IMG/VR virus record: IMGVR_UViG_3300045738_002037
Location: 92,697 to 156,696 of that record
DNA length: 64,000 nt
Strand: one strand, 5' to 3'
Origin: a virus
Positions 48,100 through 57,482 of this stretch are shown here, piece after piece. The position numbers and the translations under genes were made by a program. The notes under the pieces were generated by a model. That model was not told where the DNA came from and did no database searches. It worked only from the letters and a program-made list of their open reading frames with translations. Numbering within the stretch: the first letter of the stretch is position 1; every line of letters starts with the position of its first letter.

Positions 48100-50426
48100 C
48101 CGTCTGACCGCGTTGGCAATAATTTGGGGTTAGCAATTGGAAAATACCACCCTTTTTGCTTATATTGTTTGGCATCCGGCATATCACCACGATGATTAAC
48201 GCCCGAATAATGTAATATAACTGCCTCACGCCATAGATCAGCATTTTTAGGCTCTGATCCTCGATGTAACAATCGCGCATGCCAAAATAGAACGTCTCCT
48301 TTTTTAGGCACGAATTTTTCTATATTTAATTCAGCTTTATCGATAAGACCATTTAAAAGTGGAGTTAAAAGCTCTTCTGATTTTTTAGGCCAAGCGGCGT
48401 CGTTTTTATCTAACTCAAATTCTGTTATTATTTTGTTTTGCTCAATAGGCGGCAATATATGAGATCCTCTAATAAATTCAAATGGTCCGGAATCTTCGTG
48501 TATATCGTTTAAAGCAATCCAAACAGCAACATACCAATCTTTAACATGGCTCGGATTTAAATAACTATCTTGATGCCAATTGCGTTCCGTTGATTTCCAG
48601 CCGGTGAGAGCCAAATGCACTCCCATTGGCTCTCCTATTAAACTTTTCAGCATGTTTTGAATTGGGTCGCAAGTTGCTAATTCTAAAAGAGAAGGAATCT
48701 GCATGTAGGGGCATGGGCTTTGATAACCATCGGGATTATCGCTATTTTGCCTATTGTCGCGGACCCATTCTTTTTTATAATTGTCTATAACACCATTTGG
48801 CAATAAATTACTTTTTACAATTAAACCGTTATCTTTCCAATATTTCTGGTCATCGGTCAATGTGTCATTTACATTTGTTTTATCGAGCCAAGGCAATTCT
48901 GGGTCAGTAATATTTCCTAGTATATTTTGCAGTGGTTTTAATAATTCTTGTTTGTCATCCAAAAGGCATTTGATTTTTTGCGTTTCTGGTTCGATCGCTA
49001 TTTTAATTGGGCTATGGCCGTATAATTCGCCTATCGCAAAATATATTTCTTTTTCTTCAAACATAGCAGTGGTTGTTGCGATGCGCGGGAATTTTTCTTT
49101 CCAATGCTCGTAAAATTTTTTGCTTTGCTCAACGTAATGTTTATATCCGCCATCTTTAAGATTATCACTCCCATTAGAGCAATGTTTAAATGATAGTTTA
49201 GCCACATAGTTCTTTAATTTTTTACTTTTTGCTGTTAAACATATATCAGCGCCATAAAAATGAAAATGATCTAAATATTCGCCAAATTTTAATTCATTGT
49301 CTCTGTCTGCAATCATCAAAAATTCATCTAGTGTTTGAACCTCCATTAAATTAAAGGGATATTTTCCTATTGAAAAGTCTGCGCCAGTTCTTTTGTTTTT
49401 ACAATCTTTTAGCCAATAAAAATCAAAAACAATGGGCTTCATGCCCGCTATTCCAATTAACCCGAATTTTTTAATCGGCGAAATATTTTGCTCAAATTCC
49501 AATAAAAAATCGCTGGATTCAGATACTACGTCTTGATGTGAATAAAAAATATACTTCCCTGTTGTAGCGTCTGTTAATTTATTTAAAGATTCTGAAGATG
49601 GCATATTAAAAACATTATTATTTAAATATACAAAATTAAACCTTTTTTTTGATTTAAGAGTATATTGCAATTTTTGCAGTCTATCAAGCTTGGTTGCACA
49701 TACAACATATGAATAATTAAAAGGGCCATTGGGCGAAATTAATTTTGGTTTTATATGTAAGTCTAAATTGCTTATGTCTTTTATGGATTTTGATATTGTG
49801 TTATTCTTTTCCACATTTTTACGATATAAAAATTTGTTACGTGCATATAACAAAGATCTATTGCGTATGCATAAGTTCGTATAGCCCAATTTATTGATTT
49901 TTAGGCCAAATTCAAAATCAATTTTGTTAATCTTATCTGCTAATTTTTTGCGAATTAATAAACACGATACGGTTATTTCATCGATTTTAGTATTTTGAGC
50001 ATTATTAATTTGTTTATTATCATACCAAATTAAACGGTGGCTTACGCACCCGATGTTAGATATACAAGCATATTTTGTCATTTCCGTTATAGCATCATAA
50101 GTAAACAAAACATTGTCATCTAAGAATAATATAAAATCTCCATCGCAATTGCCGCGTTCATACTTTTCATAAACATGAATTTTTTTAATGAATTCTTTAT
50201 TGGTTTTATCTGCTAATTCTGTTAAATCGCCGCCATGCGATTTTGCGATAACATGCACATTATAATTGGGATATTTAACATGGTTAAATATGCTTTCTAA
50301 ACAATTGTTAAGAAATCCATCTTTGTCTTTTGATATTATGCAAACATTAATTTTCACATTGCCGTTAAGTGTCATTACGTCCCAATCGACAAAAGGATAT
50401 TTGGGCCGTTTTTTAATCAAAAACAT
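48096..50426 (-). CDS. glycosyltransferase-like domains fused to a phytanoyl-CoA-dioxygenase-like 2OG-Fe(II) oxygenase
   Basis: FILFLDDN, FYSHQDV, FHFYGADIC; C-terminal WHQDSY, VWIALND, GPFEFIRGSH, GDVLFWH..LHRG. Confidence 0.8.
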   Translation of the reverse strand: MFLIKKRPKYPFVDWDVMTLNGNVKINVCIISKDKDGFLNNCLESIFNHVKYPNYNVHVIAKSHGGDLTELADKTNKEFIKKIHVYEKYERGNCDGDFILFLDDNVLFTYDAITEMTKYACISNIGCVSHRLIWYDNKQINNAQNTKIDEITVSCLLIRKKLADKINKIDFEFGLKINKLGYTNLCIRNRSLLYARNKFLYRKNVEKNNTISKSIKDISNLDLHIKPKLISPNGPFNYSYVVCATKLDRLQKLQYTLKSKKRFNFVYLNNNVFNMPSSESLNKLTDATTGKYIFYSHQDVVSESSDFLLEFEQNISPIKKFGLIGIAGMKPIVFDFYWLKDCKNKRTGADFSIGKYPFNLMEVQTLDEFLMIADRDNELKFGEYLDHFHFYGADICLTAKSKKLKNYVAKLSFKHCSNGSDNLKDGGYKHYVEQSKKFYEHWKEKFPRIATTTAMFEEKEIYFAIGELYGHSPIKIAIEPETQKIKCLLDDKQELLKPLQNILGNITDPELPWLDKTNVNDTLTDDQKYWKDNGLIVKSNLLPNGVIDNYKKEWVRDNRQNSDNPDGYQSPCPYMQIPSLLELATCDPIQNMLKSLIGEPMGVHLALTGWKSTERNWHQDSYLNPSHVKDWYVAVWIALNDIHEDSGPFEFIRGSHILPPIEQNKIITEFELDKNDAAWPKKSEELLTPLLNGLIDKAELNIEKFVPKKGDVLFWHARLLHRGSEPKNADLWREAVILHYSGVNHRGDMPDAKQYKQKGWYFPIANPKLLPTRSDG

Positions 50427-50450
50427 GTATTTAATCCTAAAAGACTAAAC

Positions 50451-51146
50451 ATGAACAATATAATCATTAGATATGTTACGCCAGAAGCGATAATATTTGA
50501 ATTAGAAAAACCCCATGATATTTACTTGCTATGCGAAATCAATGGAGTTTTTAAAATTTACGATGATAAATTAAATAAAATAATTACCCCAAATGCAAAC
50601 GAATGGGTTAAATCTCATTCTAACAGCTCATTAGAATTACTTTTAAATTTAGCAAGAACATTTCGAGATGGAATGCAGTGTTCTTATAATGGTGGCGATA
50701 TTTTAGAATATCTAGTGTTATTTAGCATATTAATTAAAAACTCTATATTCCATAGCGAATTGGCAAGTAAATATGCAAGCGTTTATTTTATAGAAATATG
50801 CGACCCAGATGATGTGCCAGAAGTAATTGATGGAATCAGAAATAATTGGGATGAATTGCTAGATAAATTTGGCGAAAAAGAACTGTTAAACAATCTTCAT
50901 AGATGGGTACGATTTTGCAATTATAACTGCCCGGACAATACTATAATTTTTGAAAAATTCGTGAATAGATTGGGCGAAGGTGTTTCGCCGCCGTCTTATC
51001 CAAACACAGCTGAACACGATGAAAAATTGGCAAGTGATGTTTTAAAAAGTGTTGGCAAAGATTTAAAAGAATATAAAAATGTTCCCAATGAAATACTAGA
51101 ATTAGCGCATGAATTTAAAGCCAAAAGATTACAAAGGACCACTTGA
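50451..51146 (+). CDS. hypothetical protein
   Basis: 231 aa; overlaps the dnaE-N start. Confidence 0.65.
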   Translation: MNNIIIRYVTPEAIIFELEKPHDIYLLCEINGVFKIYDDKLNKIITPNANEWVKSHSNSSLELLLNLARTFRDGMQCSYNGGDILEYLVLFSILIKNSIFHSELASKYASVYFIEICDPDDVPEVIDGIRNNWDELLDKFGEKELLNNLHRWVRFCNYNCPDNTIIFEKFVNRLGEGVSPPSYPNTAEHDEKLASDVLKSVGKDLKEYKNVPNEILELAHEFKAKRLQRTT

Positions 51147-52578
51147 GTTCTGTCATCTTCACAATCACACCCTTTTTTCAGTTCTTGATGGGGTTGCTTC
51201 GCCCGAGCAATATGCTGAGCAATGTTATAAACGTGGCTATCCGGCAATGAGCGCCACAGAACATGGGCATATGGCATCTGTTCCAGATATGTATTTGGCA
51301 TTCCAGAAATATGGGGTTAAGTACATTCCGGGGTGTGAAATTTATTTTAATGATTATGAATATGGCACTAATTTTGAAAATGTAGAAAATCGTCAAAATT
51401 TTATTAAAAATGATGGTAAAATTAGACAGCTTAGAATAGATAACCCCTATTTATACGAACGATATGCACGAAACCGCCATTTAACAATATTAGCAAAAAA
51501 TCAAATTGGATTTGAAAATTTATTAAAACTGACAACTCAAGCACACAATGATCAATACGGCGCGGGGCGAACAAAATTTCCAAGAATTGGCTTTGAAAGA
51601 CTTTGCAAATTCAAAGAAGGATTAATAATATTATCAGGATGTTTAAACGGGCCAGTGGCTCATGAACTTAGACTAAAGCAAATTAAATCATTCGGAAAAG
51701 ACGAAGAAGGAAATAGAACATCCGAAATAGTGTGGGACAGCGATGAAGATCATTGGGGCGAAGTTGGTAGATTTAAAGCCGCTGCTAAATGGGTAAAAGC
51801 ATTCCACGACGAATTTGGCGAGGATTATTTCATAGAACTGCAAATGCCTGGGCTTCCAGAATTGCATGATGACGAAGTATTTCAAAAACTCATAGCGTTG
51901 GCCGATCATTATAAAATAAAGACAATTTTGGCGAATGATTGCCATTATTTAAACAGAGAAGATTTTATTTTACAAAAAATTATGATGGCTGTAGTTCAAG
52001 ACACCACCATAGATGACCCAAATTTGTTTCATGTGAACAGCGACGAACAATTCATGAAAACAAGAGCTGAATTGTGGGCGATGTTTAAAAACAATGGTTA
52101 CAGCAAAGGCATGGGCGACAGTGTGTTTGAAAACATGTGTGATAATACTCTATTAATAGCTGACAAATGCGAAGCATTTTCTATTGACACATCCCCTAAA
52201 ATTCCAGAAGTTGATGATGCTGTTGTAAAACTAAAAAGCATAGTGGCTAAAAAACTCTATAAATTGGGACTGCATAAATCCACTGAAAAGTTTTTTATCG
52301 ACGGCAAGGAAGTCACTTACGTTGAACAAGCGTCTATTGAATTAAAAAGATTCATTGACAAAGGATTTGCAAGTTACTTTTTGATTACAAGAGAACTGGT
52401 GCAATATGGAAAAAAGAGAGGCTGGCCGTTTAGTCCAAGAGGAAGCGCCGGTGGATCGTTAGTTTGTTATTTATTAGATATACATGTTATTGATCCGATG
52501 AAGTGGGGGCTGTCTTTTGATAGATTTTTATCGCCATCTCGCGGTGGATATATGCTAGATATTTCTATGCCAGCTTAA
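51109..52578 (+). CDS. dnaE: DNA polymerase III alpha, N-terminal part only (PHP domain + start of palm)
   Basis: HLHNHTLFSVLDG, TEHG, GCEIY, HLTILAKN, LSGCLNG, NDCHY, GFASYFLI, RGSAGGSLVCYLL, FDRFL; ends at ISMPA-stop after 489 aa. Confidence 0.9.
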   Translation: MNLKPKDYKGPLEFCHLHNHTLFSVLDGVASPEQYAEQCYKRGYPAMSATEHGHMASVPDMYLAFQKYGVKYIPGCEIYFNDYEYGTNFENVENRQNFIKNDGKIRQLRIDNPYLYERYARNRHLTILAKNQIGFENLLKLTTQAHNDQYGAGRTKFPRIGFERLCKFKEGLIILSGCLNGPVAHELRLKQIKSFGKDEEGNRTSEIVWDSDEDHWGEVGRFKAAAKWVKAFHDEFGEDYFIELQMPGLPELHDDEVFQKLIALADHYKIKTILANDCHYLNREDFILQKIMMAVVQDTTIDDPNLFHVNSDEQFMKTRAELWAMFKNNGYSKGMGDSVFENMCDNTLLIADKCEAFSIDTSPKIPEVDDAVVKLKSIVAKKLYKLGLHKSTEKFFIDGKEVTYVEQASIELKRFIDKGFASYFLITRELVQYGKKRGWPFSPRGSAGGSLVCYLLDIHVIDPMKWGLSFDRFLSPSRGGYMLDISMPA

Positions 52579-52862
52579 TATTCATCCTCTTCTAAATCTT
52601 CTAAATCTTCTAAATCATCTAAATCTTCCATAGTAATACCGTATGATTCAAATAATTCTTTATTCGTATAATAATCATCTGTAAATATTGTGTCATAACT
52701 TATTTCCATGGCCACATGCTTACTACATCCGGCACATATTTCACTAGATTTCATGCCAACATCGTCTACTGGTTTTTCATAAAACATTGATGATTCGCAA
52801 ATACAACATGGCCCCGATATTAATGCTAAACCATTGTTAATCGCTATTATTGTTTCTGACAT
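52575..52862 (-). CDS. small Cys-containing protein with acidic repetitive tail
   Basis: CCIC..CAGC; EDLDDLEDLEDLEEDEY. Confidence 0.6.
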   Translation of the reverse strand: MSETIIAINNGLALISGPCCICESSMFYEKPVDDVGMKSSEICAGCSKHVAMEISYDTIFTDDYYTNKELFESYGITMEDLDDLEDLEDLEEDEY

Positions 52863-52864
52863 TT

Positions 52865-53227
52865 TTATCCTCTATTATACGGATCTTCTAATCGTACGAT
52901 GTCGTCCTCGCTACAACCTCCAAATTGCATTTCCATAATATGCAATATAGAATCGGTTGCGCGCACTTGATGTTTATCCTGAGGGTTAATAAGGAATGAT
53001 TGGCCTGGGAAAACCGGTTCCCAAGCAGCATCGTTAAGCTTTATTTCACCTTTGCCATCTTTTATAAACCATAATTCTGATCTATTAAGATGATATTGAT
53101 ATGATATTGCGTGCCCAGGATTTATAGAAATACACTTAAACACAGTATTGTCGTCTCTATAATAGTCTATATATTGCCCCCATGGCTTTTTAACAATTGT
53201 CTGATTTAATGCTTTTATTTTGTTCAT
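52865..53227 (-). CDS. mannose-6-phosphate isomerase type II C-terminal cupin
   Basis: KPWGQY, INPG..ISYQYH..RSELW, EMQFG..SEDDIVRLEDPYNR. Confidence 0.88.
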   Translation of the reverse strand: MNKIKALNQTIVKKPWGQYIDYYRDDNTVFKCISINPGHAISYQYHLNRSELWFIKDGKGEIKLNDAAWEPVFPGQSFLINPQDKHQVRATDSILHIMEMQFGGCSEDDIVRLEDPYNRG

Positions 53228-53320
53228 AAAACTTTCATAAAACTTTTATCTTAAGTACTAAATGTCATACCTTATTTTCACGGTAAATAATGCGTAAGAA
53301 ATAATATAAGGAAAACCATA

Positions 53321-54301
53321 GTGGATTTACTAAATAAAAAAATTATTGTGACTGGCGGCGCTGGATTTCTTGGCTCTCATGTTGTCGAGAATCTTGAAAA
53401 TAATGGATGCCACATTATCCCGCGTAGGTCATCATTGGTTGACGGTAAACCCGGAGTGTTTATTGTAAGATCACATAATTTTAATTTGATATGTGAAGAC
53501 GATGTTAAAAGATTATACCAACAATGCAAGCCAGATATTGTGATTCATTTGGCAGCAACAGTTGGCGGAATAGGCATTAATCGTGAGAAGCCAGGAACTT
53601 TTTACTATAATAATCTTATGATGGGCACAATGCTCATAGAGCAAGCACGGCAATTTGGCGTTGACAAATTTGTGACAGTCGGCACAATATGTGCTTATCC
53701 CAAACACACTCCCGTACCATTTAAAGAAGAAAATTTGTGGGATGGTTATCCTGAAGAAACAAATGCCCCATATGGGATAGCCAAAAAAGCGTTATTAGTG
53801 CAAACACAAGCATATGCCGCCGAATTCGGATTTAATGGAATATATTTATTGCCGGTTAATTTATACGGCCCGCATGACAATTTTAACCCAAAATCATCGC
53901 ATGTAATACCCGCATTAATTAAAAAATGCATTGATGCTAGGGAAAATAAAGACGATCATATTACCGTATGGGGATCAGGCGCTGCCACAAGAGAATTTTT
54001 ATATGCAAAAGATGCTGCTAGAGCCATAGTGTTAGCGACTCAAAAGTATGAAAGCCCAGACCCAATTAATGTTGGAAACGGCAGAGAAATATCGATTAAA
54101 AATTTAGTGGAAATGATTGTTAAATTTACTAATTTTAAAGGTAGTGTTAATTGGGACGACAATTATCCAGATGGACAACCTAGGCGAGCGTTAGATTGCA
54201 GCAAAGCCAAAGCGGAATTTGGCTTTAAAGCTGAAGTTGATTTAGAAGAAGGACTTCAATCAACTATTGATTGGTATGAAGGGGTTCGCGATGCTAATTA
54301 A
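53321..54301 (+). CDS. fcl: GDP-L-fucose synthase
   Basis: VTGGAGFLG, HLAATVGGIG, GTICAYPK, PYGIAKK, NLYGPHDNF, SHVIPALI, WGSG.ATREFLY, PDGQPRR. Confidence 0.93.
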   Translation: MDLLNKKIIVTGGAGFLGSHVVENLENNGCHIIPRRSSLVDGKPGVFIVRSHNFNLICEDDVKRLYQQCKPDIVIHLAATVGGIGINREKPGTFYYNNLMMGTMLIEQARQFGVDKFVTVGTICAYPKHTPVPFKEENLWDGYPEETNAPYGIAKKALLVQTQAYAAEFGFNGIYLLPVNLYGPHDNFNPKSSHVIPALIKKCIDARENKDDHITVWGSGAATREFLYAKDAARAIVLATQKYESPDPINVGNGREISIKNLVEMIVKFTNFKGSVNWDDNYPDGQPRRALDCSKAKAEFGFKAEVDLEEGLQSTIDWYEGVRDAN

Positions 54302-54710
54302 AGCACCAATATCTGTTGGCGAACTCATTGATAAAATAACCATACTTGAGATAAAACAAGAAAAGATTAACAATAAACAAAAACTAGAAAACATTAATAA
54401 AGAATTAGACTTATTAATGATAGAATTTGAAAAAATTAACACGTCCAAATCACTATTAGTTAATACTGAGATTGTAAAATTTAACACGCTAAAATGTGAC
54501 TTAAAACTTGTGAATAAAAATTTGTGGGATATTGAGGACGCTATAAGAGACTGCGAAAGGTGTAAAGAATTTAGTGAAAAATTTATAGATTTTGCAAGAT
54601 CAGTGTATTATTACAATGATGAAAGATCAGAAATTAAAAAATCTATCAATGGCCTATTAGGGTCGCATATTACAGAAGAAAAATCATATACAAAGTACAG
54701 TAATGGTTAA
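54291..54710 (+). CDS. DUF6165-like protein
   Basis: PISVGELIDKITILEIK...LWDIED.IR...ARSVY..ND.R..IK..IN...EEKSY; start ATG 54291. Confidence 0.8.
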   Translation: MLIKAPISVGELIDKITILEIKQEKINNKQKLENINKELDLLMIEFEKINTSKSLLVNTEIVKFNTLKCDLKLVNKNLWDIEDAIRDCERCKEFSEKFIDFARSVYYYNDERSEIKKSINGLLGSHITEEKSYTKYSNG

Positions 54711-55482
54711 AATAAAAAAATACAAATTAACCGTTATGGTGTCTATTTATGAAAGCGGGGATTGGATAGAAAACAGAATAAACAATTTGTTAAATTCAAC
54801 AATAATAGATGATATTGAGATATATTGCGTAAATGCTAATAGCCCAGATAAAAGAGACCACAAAATACCTAAAAAATTTGGAAATAAAATTAGATATGAA
54901 AAACTTAATAAAAGAATACCAGTATATGCCACGTGGAATTATATAATTAAAAATTCTAACAGCGATTATATCACAAACGCAAACACTGATGACATCATAG
55001 CCCCAGAGTGTTATGAAAAATTAACAACGCTGCTGGATAAACATTCTAATCTTGATTTCGTATATCCAAGTTGGATAGTTACCAAAATCGCGAATCAGAA
55101 ATGGCCGCCGAAAAAGAAAATGACTAAAGACGGCCTTCCCGGTAATTACAATGGAGACATAACTCAAGCTGGTGTTGGGCATTTTCCAATGTGGCGCAGA
55201 AAATTACACAATGAATTGGGGTATTTTGACGAAGAGTTTGAAGCACTATCTGATGCGGAATGGTGGGCACGTTGTTATTATTTAGCCGGATCTAAGTTTC
55301 AATGGGTAAGCAAGTTTTATGCGGGTTATTTATGGAGGAACGGCCAAAATTTATGGACCCAAAAAATATCAAAAGCTGAATGGAAATTATATTTTGAAAA
55401 AGTTCGACAACATAAAAAAACTAAAGATAAAAAAGACGGAAAACTCCCTAAAGGATTAATACTGCCAAGAATAGTAAAATGA
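54703..55482 (+). CDS. GT2-family glycosyltransferase
   Basis: TVMVSIY, YATWNY, YITNANTDD, PMWRR.LH..LGYFDE. Confidence 0.82.
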   Translation: MVKIKKYKLTVMVSIYESGDWIENRINNLLNSTIIDDIEIYCVNANSPDKRDHKIPKKFGNKIRYEKLNKRIPVYATWNYIIKNSNSDYITNANTDDIIAPECYEKLTTLLDKHSNLDFVYPSWIVTKIANQKWPPKKKMTKDGLPGNYNGDITQAGVGHFPMWRRKLHNELGYFDEEFEALSDAEWWARCYYLAGSKFQWVSKFYAGYLWRNGQNLWTQKISKAEWKLYFEKVRQHKKTKDKKDGKLPKGLILPRIVK

Positions 55483-56270
55483 AAAAAGTAACAATATTAA
55501 TATCATTGTATAAAGCCAGCGAATTTTTATCTGCTAAATTAGAAAATTTATTGAAACAGACATATTTTAACAAATGCTGTGTAGTTTTATTAAATTGCCA
55601 AAATTTAGAAAATGAGTCATTGATATATGCAGAATATACTAAAAAATATAAAAACATAATATCAAAAGATTATACAAAATTTATTAAATTATATTCTAGT
55701 TGGAATGACGGCATAAAAATGACAAAATCGAAATATATCATGAACTCTAATGTAGACGACATGCTCCATCCGGATTACGTGAAAACGTGCTGTGAATATT
55801 TAGATAACAATCCGGAAACCGGCTGTGTTACAACGCAAGTAGCAACGACTTATAGATCGTGCCAGAAGTATTTTGGGGCAGTTGCTCCTACTACCAATAA
55901 AAAAAGCAAATTTGCAGCTCTGTGGGATATCAATTCAAGGCTGCGCATTCAATATCCAAAAGGCACAATGGGTCCATGCCCAATGTGGCGAAGATCTTTG
56001 CATGATAAACATGGATATTTCGGAGATTATTTGGCAATTGGCGATGCCGTTATGTGGGAAACATGGCATAATAACAATGTAAAATTCGGTGTAATAAATA
56101 AAAATATGGTTCTTTATTATAATAACCGGCTATCATTAGAAAGAAGATTTGATAAAAATAAAACACCGTATATTCAACTTGATTTAAAATCTAAAGAATA
56201 TAAAAAGCATAAGAAACAAATTAAATCTCGTATGGATATGAGAAATGAAAACGGAAAATGCGCAAAATGA
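55479..56270 (+). CDS. GT2-family glycosyltransferase (paralogue of the upstream gene)
   Basis: TILISLY, YSSWNDG, YIMNSNVDD, GPCPMWRRSLH. Confidence 0.82.
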   Translation: MKKVTILISLYKASEFLSAKLENLLKQTYFNKCCVVLLNCQNLENESLIYAEYTKKYKNIISKDYTKFIKLYSSWNDGIKMTKSKYIMNSNVDDMLHPDYVKTCCEYLDNNPETGCVTTQVATTYRSCQKYFGAVAPTTNKKSKFAALWDINSRLRIQYPKGTMGPCPMWRRSLHDKHGYFGDYLAIGDAVMWETWHNNNVKFGVINKNMVLYYNNRLSLERRFDKNKTPYIQLDLKSKEYKKHKKQIKSRMDMRNENGKCAK

Positions 56271-56436
56271 ATATCGCAAAGAAAGAGCATGTCTTAAATG
56301 CGGCAAGCCGTTTATATCTAATGGTGCTGGTAATAGGTTATGCGGCGGATGCAATTCCAACAATCTTAAATTGAGTAAACAACAAAGCAATTTTGGTGCT
56401 AAACCAGTGCCTGGTCATCGTGGATATACAGAATAA
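56245..56436 (+). CDS. small zinc-ribbon protein
   Basis: RACLKCGKPF.S.GAGNRLCGGC; coupled to both neighbours. Confidence 0.65.
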   Translation: MKTENAQNEYRKERACLKCGKPFISNGAGNRLCGGCNSNNLKLSKQQSNFGAKPVPGHRGYTE

Positions 56437-57482
56437 TGAAATCACAAAAAATAGCAAAATCTAAACAGCCCAAAATTATTAAAATAAATGCTATGGGTCA
56501 AGAGTCATTGTCTGATAAATTAATATTAACAGAAATCATACATGTTAATCAAGAAGAAAATCACATAGTTGAAAAATTCGGCATATCTTACAAACCATCG
56601 GAAAAACAAAGAATAGCAATTATTCAAACTGGATCATGGGGCGATTGTGTCAACAGTACATTAATGTTTAAACCAATCAAAGAAAAATTTGACGTCCCTA
56701 CCATTGATATTTATACATCAACATTTTATAGCAGTGCTTTTTATAATAACCCACATGTCAGTAATGTTATAAAATTCGACGCTCATAAAAAAGAAGCAGC
56801 ATTGCATCTTATGGATCTTATTCCTAATAAAATAATGAAGTATGGATATGATATGATTTTAAACCCACATCCGGTAATCAATCCCGGAAGATGGTCAAGT
56901 GAAAAATATCCTCAATTAGGTGAAAATCTGATATGTTCATGGGTTCGTGCTTTAGAAGACCAAAATATTGAATTTAGTTTGCCACTTGAAACAACTATGG
57001 AATTAACTGAAGACGAAATTAAAAAAGTAGATGAATTTTGTTCATCAATTAATATGGATTGTAGAAATATTATAATGGAAGTTCATGGTGAATCCGGGCA
57101 AACTTTTTGGGATCATCATTGGACACAAAGAGTAGGCGAGCATTTATTAGACCATAACACTAATTTGTTTATAAGTCGTAAGCATACTGGCGATGACATA
57201 GACAATCTTAAAGAAATTGCCAGAAACAGAATAATATTCGTTGGTGATTTGTCAATACGTGAATGCGCAGAATTATTTAACAGATGCGACATATTTTTTA
57301 GTATATCAAGCGGTTTATCTAATGCGTGTAACACAAATTGGTGTAAAAAAGATATTATATGGATAGAAACTGTTAATAGTTTAGCATGCAGTAGTAGCCC
57401 AATAAGATCAAAAGGTAAAATCTTTTGGCATGAAAAGGATATTGATAAATTTATAGACATGCTTAAAAGGAATAATATATGA
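56436..57482 (+). CDS. GT9 (heptosyltransferase)-like glycosyltransferase
   Basis: GSWGDCV, NNPHVSNVI, LSIRECAELFNRCDIFFSISSGLSN. Confidence 0.7.
   Translation: MKSQKIAKSKQPKIIKINAMGQESLSDKLILTEIIHVNQEENHIVEKFGISYKPSEKQRIAIIQTGSWGDCVNSTLMFKPIKEKFDVPTIDIYTSTFYSSAFYNNPHVSNVIKFDAHKKEAALHLMDLIPNKIMKYGYDMILNPHPVINPGRWSSEKYPQLGENLICSWVRALEDQNIEFSLPLETTMELTEDEIKKVDEFCSSINMDCRNIIMEVHGESGQTFWDHHWTQRVGEHLLDHNTNLFISRKHTGDDIDNLKEIARNRIIFVGDLSIRECAELFNRCDIFFSISSGLSNACNTNWCKKDIIWIETVNSLACSSSPIRSKGKIFWHEKDIDKFIDMLKRNNI

Noticed and set aside
52440-52600. Stop-codon recoding, frameshift or split intein explaining the short DnaE
   Set aside because: The stop is TAA, no PDxDxD continuation is visible downstream, a convergent gene follows, and there is no intein N-terminal motif. 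Other genes read normally in code 11.
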